From: Octopus bimaculoides
Taxonomy: Eukaryota
Length of the DNA stretch: 64,000 nucleotides
Reading direction: 5' to 3'
NCBI RefSeq assembly: GCF_001194135.2
Contig: NC_068986.1
Location: forward strand, 11,466,959 to 11,530,958
Made by a program: the position numbers and the translations under genes. Under the pieces are notes generated by a model, which was given only the letters and a program-made list of their open reading frames with translations, searched no databases and was not told the DNA's origin. This document shows, in pieces, positions 39,359-52,984 of this stretch; position 1 is the stretch's first letter, and each line of letters begins with the position of its first letter.

Positions 39359-40992
39359 NNNNNNNNNNTATATCAGCCGAAACGTTGTGTTAACAACAAA
39401 CAAGATGAGGACAAATATCTGTCAAATGTAAATAATGTAAATAAACAGTTAATTTAGTTTTTTTGTGTATTTTAATTTTGGTTTTCAATGTTAGTAAAAA
39501 TATATCTGGTTCCATGCATCTTGTGTTAGAAACTTAACTCTACTTGCCTTATATAAAGCATTAATTTATTATATATCAGGATTTGGGGGGGGGGGGGCTA
39601 TATTTCGTTCTGTTGTCATAAAATATGCTTCATGCAAACAACTATATCAGACTATATTCATTCCATTGTGCTTATTTAGTGTGTTTGAATATTTGTTATA
39701 CAGTTGATGTCACCCATTCAACTTTAACCAGTCTCCCTTGGGAATGATATAAGTTGTAACCTTGTTATCAAAATTCTGATTCTGCATATTCAAATGAGAA
39801 ACAAAAACACACACATACAAAATTAAAAATTTTTTTTTTATTTTATATAAATCAAACTGCAAAAAATACATCAAAGAAAGCAATAACACTTAAAATATAA
39901 ATCAGAAATATGTCTCGAAATTTAAATGTAAGTCTCGGTAATTATTGAAAAATTAAACCTAAAATAAAAATACTTTGATATCTGTCAAAGGAAGGATAGA
40001 AAAAATTTGCATAAAACAGGAGTTACATAATTATCGTTTCTCACACATAAAGATGTTAGAAATGCTATGAGGTAAGGTTAGTAATATCTCCCTAAATTCG
40101 GTATGATAGTAAACCAGTGCATCATAAGCTATTCAAGGAAATGCAGAGTGCCAAAACAGGGAGTCAACATTAATATTGGACAGCTTGGGATGTGACACAA
40201 CTAAGATTTTCTGAGGAAACAATATAGGTGTGTGAGACGTATTATCGAATTTGTTAATAACAACTTTACCTAATTAAACAAAGAGAATTGATCAGAGCAT
40301 GTGTGGATGCATACATGCACAAAAATGCTGTATGTACATGAATGTATGTATATTGTATTTTGTATGCATGTGTGCACACATACACATAAATGCTGTGTGT
40401 GTGTGTGTAGATATGTACCTGAATATATATATATATATATATATATANNNNNNNNNNNNNNNNNNNNNNNNNNNNNNNNNNNNNNNNNNNNNNNNNNNNN
40501 NNNNNNNNNNNNNNNNNNNNNNNNNNNNNNNNNNNNNNNNNNNNNNNNNNNNNNNNNNNNNNNNNNNNNNNNNNNNNNNNNNNNNNNNNNNNNNNNNNNN
40601 NNNNNNNNNNNNNNNNNNNNNNNNNNNNNNNNNNNNNNNNNNNNNNNNNNNNNNNNNNNNNNNNNNNNNNNNNNNNNNNNNNNNNNNNNNNNNNNNNNNN
40701 NNNNNNNNNNNNNNNNNNNNNNNNNNNNNNNNNNNNNNNNNNNNNNNNNNNNNNNNNNNNNNNNNNNNNNNNNNNNNNNNNNNNNNNNNNNNNNNNNNNN
40801 NNNNNNNNNNNNNNNNNNNNNNNNNNNNNNNNNNNNNNNNNNNNNTAAAGTAAATATCATAAGATAAATATAATAAAAAGATTACACGTGTTTCATAACT
40901 AATTTTCAAATAGAAAGGAAATTTAAATCGATTAAAATCAATTGAAATTATCGAAAATAAATTCTATTCAAAAATATAGCTAATCGTCAGAT

Positions 40993-41025
<33 letters not shown>

Positions 41026-42170
41026 TCATTGTATGCACGTACATAAAGCATATGTGCAGTATGCAAGCATTTCAAGCTCACCTGTGATGGTGCCACATAA
41101 AAAAGCACCCAGCACTCTCTGTAAAGAGGTTGGTACCAGGAGGGGCATCCAGCCATAGAAACCTTACCAAGACAGACAATGGAACCCAGTACAGCTCCTG
41201 TGATACAGTCCATCCCATGCCAGCATGGAAAATGGCTGTTAAATGATGATGACAACGAGGATTGTATGTATACATATGGAAGTCTGTATACATTCCCTGC
41301 ATATACAACCATATAACATGCATCTGTACATGAACATGCATGGTTATGGACAAGTACTATATGTTATAAAGCACACACCCTGCTAAGTGTATGTATACAA
41401 TTGCAGGCAATATGTGAATATGTATGCACTCACTGCTACCATGCACATATATACACATATATGTGTGTGTGTGTGTGTTTATATAGGTCTGTACAGATCT
41501 GTAATGTAAGAGAACAGGATAGGCATAAACAGTTAACCACAAATACACAGGCCTGAATGAAGACCCTGATATGTGAATGCATCTTTCTACATGCAATCAT
41601 AAAGGTTGGTTTAGGGTTCTATTATCTGTGAGAATGTGTGTAGTATTTGAATAAAGAGGCATTTTTTAATCTCTTATATGGATGTTAAGGCTCTGAATTC
41701 AATTCTGCTGTGTGACATCTTGAGCAAGTGCACCATGTTTCGATCTTGTGAGTTAGTGACTTTCTGTATATGGGAACTGTGTGGATTCTGTTGAATGGGT
41801 CATGCCTGGAATTCAAATATCCAACCTTACTGCATGGTATCACATTGATTTTACTTCATTAAGGATACATATTTCTGTGGAATACTCAACCAGTTCCCAT
41901 TGCTAGTTCAATGCAGTTGATTGAATAACTGGACTTTCATACATTGAAGTAGAAGGAAGTCATCATCATCGTGATGACCACCACCACTGCTTAAAACTGT
42001 TGCGTTAATATAATCAACTAAACCAATGAAGGTGGTGCCCCTGCATGGCCACGATCCAATGACTGAATGTAGTAAATGAATAAAAGAAAATATATTACAT
42101 TTTTATAATTAAATGTTAGGAACTGTTAAAATACCTTGTGTATTGTAGAAGTATGAGCAATTTGTGAAGG

Positions 42171-42487
42171 TTTGTGGCTTAGTGGTTAGGACATTTGGCT
42201 CATGATTGTAAAGTCGTGAGTTCAATTCCTGGCAACGCGTTGCGTCCTTGAGCAAGACACTTTATTTCACTTTGCTCCAGTCCACTCAGCTGGCAAAAAT
42301 GAGTTGTACCTGTAATTCACAAGGGGCCAGCCTTGTCACATTCTGTGTCATGCTGAATCTCCCTGAGAACTACGTTAATGGTACACGTGTCAGTGGAGTG
42401 CTCAGCCACTTGCACGTTAATTTCATGAGCAAGTCGTTCCGTTGATTGTATCAGCTGGGACCCTCGTCGTCGTAACCAACGGAGTGC
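42171..42487 (+). mobile_element. tRNA/CORE SINE of a further family. A related copy with a different middle lies at 33151-33533(-), nested inside a hAT MITE
   Basis: TGGCTTAGTGGTTAGG A box, GAGTTCAATTCC B box, CORE-like CCTTGAGCAAGACACTTTATTTCAC. The 3' part AAGGGGCCAGCCTTGTCACA...CTCAGCCACTTGCACGTTAAT is shared with 33151-33350(-). Confidence 0.8.
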
Positions 42488-45400
42488 TTTAATAAGCAAT
42501 TTACTGCAGATAAACTTCAACAACAAAATCTTAACTGGACCCCTGTTGAGAACCACTGACAAAATAATAGGTGGTAACAGAACAATGAATAGTAACTAGT
42601 GCAATATTTAAGTTACTCTAACCCCCCCCCCCCATCTCATACAAATAAATATGTTAGAATATTATCTTTTGCTTGTTTCAGTCATTGGACTTAGGCAATG
42701 CTGGGGCACCGTCTCAAAGGAATTTTAGCCAAACTGTCAACACTGATTGTCAAGTAGTAGGGTGGGGACTAACATAAATACGCACCATATGTATAAACGT
42801 TGGGTTTGCACATATCTTTTGCCATAGAATACACTTGCCGTAGAAGCCATGCAGTGAGACTGAACCTGAAACGACAGAATTGCAAAATGAGCTTCTTAAT
42901 TACACAACCATGGCTGTGCCTAGTTCTACTTCAGATGTCTTGTGGATGGTTTGCATGCAACAATTTTGTGTAAACCAACATTCTCAGAACGACCAAAGAT
43001 TGTCAGCATCTTTTAAAGCAATTTAACTAAAACATGGTTGATTAATGGGTTTATATTTATTTTAGAAATGAATAAACTTGAGCAAGGTTGGGTGTGGCTT
43101 TGAGTAAAGTGTTTGTGTGTGTGTGTGTGTGCACATGCTGATGTCTCTAATTTTCTCTGCATATTAGTTTATCTGAAGAAAGAAAGGTAGTATCTATCTC
43201 TCTATATATCTATCTATCTATCATATATCTATCTATCATATATATATATATATATATANNNNNNNNNNNNNNNNNNNNNNNNNNNNNNNNNNNNNNNNNN
43301 NNNNNNNNNNNNNNNNNNNNNNNNNATATATATAAGCTCTTTAGAGACGTTTTTCAGACTAGAAAATTAGGAAAAGTAATTAAGGCTTGTGTGGTTAATG
43401 TTTAATTTTAAGTTATTACAGTTTGGTATTTTAGAAGGAAACATAGGTAGGAATGTTTAGAGTTTCATTTCTCATGATGATAGACTGCATAGGCTATTTA
43501 TTATGCAAGATGGCTAATAAGAGGGAGAAGAGAAAATTGTAAGTGACAGGAAAGGAATGAGAACAGATCTTCGTGTGTTTTTAGCTTTTGAAAATACAGT
43601 ACAAGAAAAGGTCTCAGTTGTCGAAAGTCATTGTATTGACATGTTTAAGAGCAATTTATTTTAAGTAAAGTAAGTACTGTTTTGAGTCCCAGTACTCATA
43701 AAATCAGTTACTGGGTTTTCATGGCATATAAATGAGTGAGACCTAAGCATTCCTCCTGGCCAGGGTGCTAGTCCATCACCTGGTTATTCATCTACAGACA
43801 AGTGGTCTGGAGCCATGTGAACTGAAGTATTTTGCTCAAGAATACAACTCATCACTCTGTCAGGGAATTGAAACTACAACCTTGTAATTAATTGTAAGGG
43901 CAAACCCCCAACCACTAAGGCTTCACAGTTTCTTTTATGACATGGAAGAAATTTTTGAATAAAAGCAATAATGACAAACATTCTAATGAAAACTAATGTT
44001 TTTGTCAAATTAGGAAAACTAATAAGCCTTAGGTAGATTAAATGTTGGTTTGTAATTAGCAGCTCTTGGAAATACATGGAAATTATTTCTGTCTTTGCAC
44101 ACACACAAAAAGTGTGTGGGGGGGGGGGGGGGGGATGAATTATTTTCTAGAAAATAGTTATTTCTTAAAAGTCTCTAAATTTATAAAGAAAGAAAATATA
44201 AATTGTCTGCTGTTCTTTTATCAAGTCTGTTTGAATGATGGATTGATTGCTGACTCAAATTGCCCAGCTGTTTTTAGTTTGACTCCATGGCACCACATTA
44301 AAGAATTTAAGAACCTTAACATTGAGAGATATGATAATATTCTCTTTTCTTGCATTTTTTGATAATTGATAATTTTTGCAATTTTCATGTCGATGTACCT
44401 GTAATCCTGAAAATTATATCATTAAGCATTGTTATTTCAGTAAAAAATAATAATAATGATAATAAAAACTTATTTCTGTTGTTTGTGTAAATTTTCAAAT
44501 TATTGATTTTAGTTAGCTTTAGGGCATTTCTTCTTTCTGCCAGTCTCTGTTGAAGATTTAACATTGCTGTTGCATTAGTTATTATTATTATTATTATCAT
44601 CATCATCATCATCATCATCTTCTTCTTCTTCTTCTACTTTTTCTTCTTCTTCTTCTTCTTCTAGCTGCAAGAGGATTTTCACAAGACTATATTTTACTTG
44701 TTGTTTATGCCGATGGGAATCTATAAAAACATATGAGTTCTAATTATGAATGGATGATATTTCCTTCATATCAAACATCAAAATTACTCTCTAAATAAAG
44801 TGTTGAGTACAGTTGCAGAATTTTCTTAATTATAATAACATTATAGTACATTAAGGAACTGGCTTAGGGGGGGGGGGAGAAAGAAACTGGCTTGCTGTTT
44901 TAAAGTGTACATTTACTTATCAGTCTTTCCTGGAAGTTTGTGGAAGCAAGGTCTGGGAATCAAAGGGCCTTAAAGTCAATTTAGACCAAAGTCTTTAGTA
45001 AGTGGGAAAACAGACAAATAACAAATCTCTTCAGCCTTCACATTATTCTGTCTAATGCAAAAGTTATTTATTCACATTGTTTTGAATTAATCGTAGCTTT
45101 GAGATTTTGATGAGGTGACTTAATTTTTTTAGAATGATATTGTAGGGTTAGTGTGAGAAACCACATCTGTCCGGTTTGAACATAAAACAGGTGGAATATT
45201 TTGGCTGGAAGTGGTCAGTTTAAATGTCAAAGGATTAAATGGTCTACCCAATATTGTCCTACCTGCATTTAATTAATAAGACCTACTCAAACATTCAAAT
45301 AATGATTTAGATTCTTGAATCCCAAGATTTAAATTTCAAGCAAAAGAATATTTAAAAAATGTTGCTGTGGATTTCACTCTTTTGGTATTCAAATTTTTCC

Positions 45401-46544
45401 CTCAAATACAAAGCTTATTTATTCACATTGTTTCAAATTAATCATGCATTATCTTTTAGCTTTGAGATTTCAGTGCTCTGATTGTTTATCTTTAGGAAGA
45501 CATTGTAGGTAGGCGTGAGAGACTGGATCTGGCTGGTTTGAATTTAAAGCAAGTAGAATATTTTTTGTAGATATAGCCTGTTTAAATGTTACAGGGTTAA
45601 ATAAATGTCTCATCTACCATCAAATTTAAAAGAAAAGAACGCTTGGACATATTTATAAAGAAAACGAGAGCTTCCTTATTGGAAGTAAACTAAATATGAA
45701 TAGCAAAATAATTGAGTGATGAAGTAGTGACAAAGCACTATTGAGTGATGAATTAAATCTTAAAAAATAGTGCAATTTGATTGCTGCTGCCCCTTCTTAT
45801 TGTTAAGGTGGCAAGCTAATGGAATTGTTAGCAGAATCATTAGCTCACAGAATCGTTAGCATTCCAGGCAAAATATTTAATGGCATTTCATGTCTTTATA
45901 GTTTGAGTTCAAATTCTACCGAGGTCAATTTTATCCTTCATCCTTTAGGGGTCAATAAAATAAGTACTAGATGTGCATGGGGTCAATGTAATTGGCTTGT
46001 CCCGGGCAAAATGCTTCACGGCATTTCGTCCATCTTTATGTTCTGGGTTCAAATTTCACCAAGATTGACTTTGCCTCTCATCCTTTCAGAGTCAAGAAAA
46101 CAAGTACCAGTTACATACTGGAGGGTGATGTAATCAATTGACCTCACTCACTCCAAATTGCTGGCTCTGTGTCAAAATTTGAAACTGATATTATTGTTGT
46201 TAATAGAACATTGCCCATTGTATGATGGATAACTTTGGAAATATATTTTTGCTACCATGTGTAATATCAAGAAATGTAACACACATCCAATAATTACAAT
46301 TGAACTGTTTTCTAATTCCTTGGTGTTTATACAAAATGATGAAAGGAAAATATATTTATTACCTTAAAATAGATTTAAATAAAACCAATTTCTCATTTGT
46401 ATATTTGCAATAAATAATATGTTAATATTTTTCTAAGTTTAATCAGCATAATCCCAATCTTCTCCATCAAAAACCCATCTCTGCAAAGTCTGAAATCCTC
46501 CATCATTTGCTCACTCTCTTCTTCCATCTCCATCACTGTTTTTG

Positions 46545-46581
<37 letters not shown>

Positions 46582-46591
46582 NNNNNNNNNN

Positions 46592-46633
<42 letters not shown>

Positions 46634-46794
46634 CACAGCATTCCTTTACTCATTACCTACCACCTCATACTGCACCTCTTATATCAACTCTTTGTATCTT
46701 TTCCCCCCTCTCCCACTCTCTAAATGATGTGAAACATGACTGGAAAAATTAATCAACTGACCAACAAACATTTATATTTGCAATTATTATTGTA

Positions 46795-47124
46795 TTGGCT
46801 CCAGTGCTGGTGGCCCATAAAAAGCACCATCCGAACGTGGTCAATGCCAGTGCCCCTTGGCTGTCTCCCGTGCTGGTGACACATAAAAAGCACTGTCTGA
46901 ATGTGATCGGTGCCAGGGCTTCCTGACTGGCTCCTATGCTGGTGGCATGTAAAAAGCACTCACTATAGTCTCAAAGTGGTTGGCATTAGGAAGGGCATCC
47001 AGCTGTAGAAAAATTGCCAGATCAAATTGGAGCCTGGTGCAGCCGCTGACTTTCCATATGTCAGTTGAACCGTCCAACCCATGCCAGCATGGAAAACGGA
47101 CGTTAAACGATGATGATGATGATG
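46795..47124 (+). mobile_element. (GAT)n-tailed non-autonomous retroelement with tandem ~60-70-bp 5' monomers. Copies at 3818-4171(-), 9236-9424(-), 11825-12085(-), 18270-18420, 41085-41257, 52115-52370(-), 55330-55470, 59130-59328, 59905-60155
   Basis: Monomer GTGCTGGTGGCACGTAAAAAGCACC repeated, then TGGTTGGCATTAGGAAGGGCATCCAGC...CCAACCCATGCCAGCATGGAAA...GTTAAACGATGATGAT. An RTE-type partner is inferred from the short-tandem tail. Confidence 0.85.
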
Positions 47125-49889
47125 AAAGATATATAAAATGCATGTTGTTTGTGTCTAATTGGCTCATTATTTATCATTTAATGCTTTAAAAAAAAATTAT
47201 AATGCAAAAATCTCATCAGTGAAAACACAATCCTCATTATAACTTCTTTCTGTATGAATTAGCCCCACCGTCCCTTGTTTAATGCTTGGGTATTTGAAAG
47301 TGGTGGCATCATGAAATCAAGGTATTCCTCGCTTTCATTGCCATTGTAATTAAGGAATTTATTCAAAATCGTTATGAATAAATCCTCATTGACGCATTAC
47401 ACAAGTTCACAATCTTAATGCTTCCAGAGTGAAGAAAGATCAACAAATATTCTTCTCCAGGGCCTCAAGGCTACAAGTTGATTCCTTCGTTTGTTAAACA
47501 GAACATCCAATCAATATGCTTACTGATGAGAACTGCTTCAGTGAATGCAAACACAAAGAAATATTTCAGTTGAATAAGAAATTAAATTTAGCAAAAGACA
47601 CCTGATAGTAAATAAATAGCTCATACTTTTCGCAAATCAGTGTTTATATAGAAACTTTGAAACTTTTCATTATTTTGAATTTTCAATCTATAATTTGTGT
47701 ATAGTAGGTGTATCATCTGTGAGTGTATGTATATATGATGTAAATGTATGTATAATATATATATACATGTATGTGTATAAATACTTGTGTATATGTGTGT
47801 CTATGTATGTTTATATTTGTGTATATACATGTATGTATCCACACTATCTACTCATGCAATTCGTTGTTTAATAGATTATCATTGCCAATGTATTGGGGAC
47901 GACGATGGTGGTGGAGGACTGACCAAAATACACTGGTATTTAGTTACTCCAACCCAAAGCACCTTTGGATAGACTGGAATGTAGACAGACATGTACAGGA
48001 TATTTAAAATGTAATCACCTATCAGACATTGAACTTTACAGGGTGGGCTGGAAACAAAAAATGTACCTTAGACAAGATTTTTCATTTCTTCAACCAGTGA
48101 ACTCATGACTTCAACAATTCCCCTTTTGTCCAATTGGCATGGCTATGCATAGATTAGGAAGAAGTATCAATATATACAGCCTGGTGTTGGTGTGAAAGTT
48201 AGGTCACTTCCTCAATAACTTCAGGTCACTAGATATAGATGTGGTTACCATCAGTGGAAGAAGAATTTCTGGTATGCACAGACTCAAGCACATTTTTAAT
48301 GACTATGAAATGTAGTCATCGGGTGGCAGAATGGTAGTGTTGTTTCAGAATGAGTTGGAACTTGAGGTACAGATGACATCTTCTTGGACCCAGGTGGTAA
48401 ATATGTGGTAGCAAAGTCAATGCAGTCAGACTAGTGACTGACTGCCCCAGCCAAAGTAGGATGATTGGATTTCCTCAAGTGAAATTTCCTTGGAAATATC
48501 CTACTTTTTCATACTTGTGGCTGGAATTGTATTTTAGATGCACAAGGGGAGAGACTAACACCCTGAAAAAGCTACTCAAACATTCCCAACTGTCCAACAC
48601 AGACTAACTGCATGTTCTGAATGTGACAGTATTCGTATTGAGCAAACAGTAGAATATCCAGATTGTCCTGAGATAGTTTTTGTTAGGTCAATAGGGTGTC
48701 CACACTTTGTCATTTAGCTATGCAGACCACGAATTTCTGATCTGTGCAATCAACTTAAATAGGACCCATAGATATGGACCCCATTACTGGTAGTATTTTT
48801 TCCCCTTCCCCCGGTGTGCAACAACATCAAGAGACCAGACTAGAGAGCAGCTAACAGATACTCTGTAAAAGTGGTTGATGATAGGATGGGTGGGACGGGT
48901 GTCCAGCTGTAGGAACCAAGTCAGAACAAAACCTATCAGCAGCAATCTGTGAAGGTAGTACTTCTAATTAGGAATTGATTCGGACTGTGATCACCCATCC
49001 AACTCAGGCCATGATTAGCAAACAAAATGATGATGAACTTTAATAACAATAATAGCAAAAGCCAACCTTTTCCAGACCAAATTCCATTCTGATGTCTGTG
49101 CTAAAGCAATACACTGAGTGAATCTGTGTATTCAACTGGTTTTTATCTTTCCCATAAAGCTGCAGGTCATTCATAAAAAATAGATGATTGATCTTATCTT
49201 TCCTTTCTTTGAACTCATAAGCAGCTTTTGTTCTTTTTCACATTCAAAGGCAGCAGTTGTCATACACAAGACAAGAAAGAGATGGTGACCAGGCTGTCTG
49301 GCTTCGTTCCATGTTTGATTTTATTTATTATTTTATTAGGGTGGTTAACTCACAGAATTGTTACCACATTGAACAAAATGTTTTGCAGCACTTCATCCAG
49401 CTTTGAGTTCTGAGTTCAAATATCACCAAAGTCAACTTCAGCTTTCATCTTTCTGGGGTCAGTGAAATAAGTGCCAGGCCTTGTGCCTATTATAGAAGGA
49501 TTATTATTAAGTTGGTATGTTGGCAGAATTGTTAGCCAAAATGCTATGTATTTCTTCTGACACTTTAAATCCTGCTCATGTGAACATTGCATTTCATCTT
49601 TTGGGGCTCAATAACATAAAGTACCAGGGGATAAGGGTTGGGGATGTCAATGTAATTGTCTTACTCCCTCCCCTCGAAGATATTGCTTAAATCAGCTCAA
49701 AATCACTAGCTAAAAATTAAAACCATTACTGTTTATGTAAATCCCTTCTGTCTTTGTATTGCCCTAAATGTTGTGATCCTTGTGGCCTTGGGGTCGCTAT
49801 AATCAAATTGCCCTCTCCCCTCAAAATTTCAAGCCTTCTACCTATATTAGAAGGAATTATTATTATTTAAGGTGGTTCACTGTATCCAA

Positions 49890-50760
49890 TATTATGACGT
49901 TATTGATTGAAGATAGTGTGTGCTGTCTGTCTATTAAGTCACAAGGACCTCAGACTGACAGTACTTTACACAATGTGTGTTATTTCTTTACTACCCACAA
50001 GGGGCTACACACAGAGGGGACAAACACGGATTAAGTCGATTATATCGACCCCAGTGCGTAACTGGTACTTATTTAATCGACCCCGAAAGGATGAAAGGCA
50101 AAGTCGACCTCGGCGGAATTTGAACTCAGAACGTAGCGGCAGACGAAATACGGCTAAGCATTTCGCCCGGTGTGCTAACGTTTCTGCCAGCTCACCGCCT
50201 TAACACACTTTACGCAATGTGTGTGCAGTTCCAAGTAATGCCAAGTTTTGCAATACACCTAGATTGTAGGGTATTTCTAAAATTTCCAGATGTTTCTTCA
50301 GGTTGGGTGGAATTGAATCCAATGCTCCGATGTCAACAGGGACAACCTTTTTATGTTTGACTCTCGTAGCTGTCACATCTTAGCGATCTCAATTCTCAGG
50401 TCTCCATATTTATCAATCTTTTTTCTTTCTTTCATGATAATATGTTGATCTCCCGGCACTGCCACGTTGATTATTAGGCACTCTTGTTTGTCCCTCCTAA
50501 AGGTTGCTATATCCGGTCTTCCGTGCTCTAACACCTTGTCTATCTCGAAGTCAAAATCCCGGAGGATTTTCCTTTCCCCTTTCTGTCCATTACCTTTTCC
50601 AATGTATGTTGGTACCAAGCACCCATTACCTTGTATCCATACTTCCGGCATAGTAACCAGTGAAGGTTTTGGGCTACCTTGTCACGTCTGCACTTGTACT
50701 CTTTCTCTGCAAGACTTTCACAAGCACTAACAATGTGAGTCGCACTTTTGCCCCTCTTCT
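49890..50760 (-). mobile_element. 5'-truncated R4/Dong-clade non-LTR retrotransposon remnant (zinc knuckle end + restriction-like endonuclease + 3' UTR), interrupted by a SINE
   Basis: Minus translation THIVSACESLAEKEYKCRRDKVAQNLHWLLCRKYG...DFDFEIDKVLEHGRPDI...ECLIINVAVPGD...KIDKYGDLRIEIAKM*, then after a frameshift VVPVDIGALDSIPPNLKKHLEIL...LQNLALLGTAHTLRKV. Resumes after the SINE as LRKVLSV* (stop 49950-49952). Matches the RHD / PD..D..K pattern of RLE-clade elements. 5' end abuts (TAT)n at ~50762. Confidence 0.85.
49981..50206 (-). mobile_element. Young tRNA-headed SINE (GGCGGTGAGCTGGCAGAA family) with 18-bp target site duplication
   Basis: CpG-rich near-consensus body with B box GAGTTCAAATTCC and central CCTTTCATCCTTTCGGGGTCGA. 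TSD ACTTTAC(A/G)CAATGTGTGT at 49963-49980 and 50207-50224 (17/18). Confidence 0.9.
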
Positions 50761-52984
50761 CATATTATTATTATTATTATTATCATTATTATTATCAAAG
50801 ACAGTGAGCTGGCAGAATCATTAGCACGCCAGGCAAAATGCTTAGCGGTATTTCATCTTCTGCTGTGTTCTGAGTTCAAATTCCGCCAAGGTCATCCTTT
50901 CAGGGTCGATAAATTAAGTACCAATGAAACACTGGAGTTGATGTAATTGGCTAGTCCCCTCCCCTCAAATTTCAGGCCTTGTGCCTACAGTAGAAGGGAT
51001 TATTTTTATATTATCCTCATCATATTTATTTGTGAAATTTAGTTCCTTATTGAGCAGCAAATGAAGTAGCCATTACGCTGCTGGTTGTTTGATTCTGTTT
51101 ATTTGGTAGTTGTACTGTAATAATATCTATTTTGTAAACTGTCAGTAGGTAGGAGGTATACATTACATTCATTGAAAGGAAGGGAGGATATGGCATTTGA
51201 GTAGTGGTGGTGGTGGTGGTGGTGGTGGTGGTAGGGCCACAGATGAGGTTGGTGGGGTGGAAATATTATGAACTTAGGAAAGATATGTTGTTTTTTTTAA
51301 ATCAGGTCAACCAGATTAGTTTGTTGTCAGCCTAAAACATGATTAGAGGAAAGGTGCAGCGAGAATTGTGTGAAATATTAATGTTTTGTTTGTTTTGTTA
51401 GTTGTAGCCATTAACAGAGTTGTAAATGTTGTCTTTTTAAAACATTTCCATTTAAAGGCGTCGCTGTTTCTTTTAAACATTTTAAGTGGATAAGGCATCT
51501 TCATATTACAACAAAAATAAAAAAGAATCTATTATAAGATCTAACGAAGCTTAAGGGATAATTAATGAAGGTGGTTGCCAGGAATAAATTGCAGCTGAAA
51601 CCAAAATGGAACTTAGTCTTTTCTTCTTCTTATTATTATTACTGAAAGGCGGCAAGCTTAGCAACATTTCTTCTCTCTTTGCATTCTGTCAAGGTCAACT
51701 TGGCCTTTCATCCTTTCACGGTCAATGAAATAAATACCAGTTGTGTAGTGGGATCTGTGTATTTAACTTACACCTTCTACCTCCAAAATTTTAGGCCTTG
51801 TGCCTATAATAGAAACAATTATTATTATCATTATTAATATTATTGTGGAGGTGCATGGTTTAGTGAGTGGTTAGGGTGTTGGACTCCTGATCACTAGATT
51901 GTGGTTTCAATTCCTGAACTGGGTGATGGGTTGCGTTCTATGTTGTTCCAGTCTACTCAGCTGGCAAAAAGTAATCCTGCAAGGGACTGGCATCCCATCC
52001 TGGTGGGGTATATATGCATTATTACCATTAAAAAAAGGTGGTGAGTTGGTAGAATCATTACTATGCCAGATAATGTGTTTAGCAGCATTTGGTTTGGTGC
52101 TTTACGTTCATCACTGTCATTGTTGTTTAACATCTGCTTTCCATGCTGGCATGGGTTGGACGGTTTGACTGAGGGCTGACAAGCCAAAAGGCTGCACCAG
52201 GCTCCAATCTGATCTGGCAGAGGTTTCTACAGCTGGATACCCTTCCTAATACCAACCACGCTGAGAGTGTAGTGGGTGCTTTTTACATGTCACTGGCACA
52301 AGGGCCAGTCTGACAGCACTGGCAATGACCTTGCTCAAATGATGCTTTTTATGTGCCACCGACATGGGATCAGTCAGCTGGTTCAGATTCCACTGAGGTT
52401 GACTTTGCCTTCCTTCCATTCAGTGCCAATAAAATCAGAATCAGTTGAGCTCTGGGGTTATCCCCTCCTTTAAAATTGCAGACCTTGTGCCAAAATTAGA
52501 AAGAAGGGCAGTGTCCTGATAAAATTGTTAGTGTCAGACAGAATGCTTGATGGCATTTCTTTTGGGTTCTTTAAATTCTGCTGAGGTAATCCTTACTCTT
52601 CATCCTTTTAGGATCAATGAAACAAGTACCAGTTGAGTACTGGGGTCAGTGTAATCCACTACTTCTTCCCCCAACCATTTCAAGTCTTCTGCCTATAGTA
52701 AAAAAGAATTATTATAATTATCGTTATTTCTAATGGTCCCTTCTAGGGGAAGGGGCAATGCTCATGACCTTCACATGCACACTCTAAGTTTGTGGGACCG
52801 ATCAATTTGTATTCAGTTTAGTTTGAAACAGTAATGCTGATATCAACAATAATTATTTATATTTTTCTTTGCTTGTAAAAAAAATAATAAATTCAAAATC
52901 GTATATTTGTGATGTTTTACATGTTTGAACTAGCAATGTTTTACATTTTTATCTGATGCCTTTTTGTTTTTTCTTATTTTGCAG

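Noticed and set aside
39359-39452. Apparent tandem duplication of the hammerhead tail (would supply a dimer partner)
   Set aside because: The exact duplicate sits across a 10-N gap. Other 10-N gaps in this window also repeat their flanks, so overlapping contig ends are the simpler explanation. The repeat also lacks CUGAUGA.
46795-46960. Direct repeats with variable spacers resembling a CRISPR array
   Set aside because: The context is eukaryotic, the spacers are homologous to each other, and the unit is part of a dispersed retroelement; there are no cas genes.
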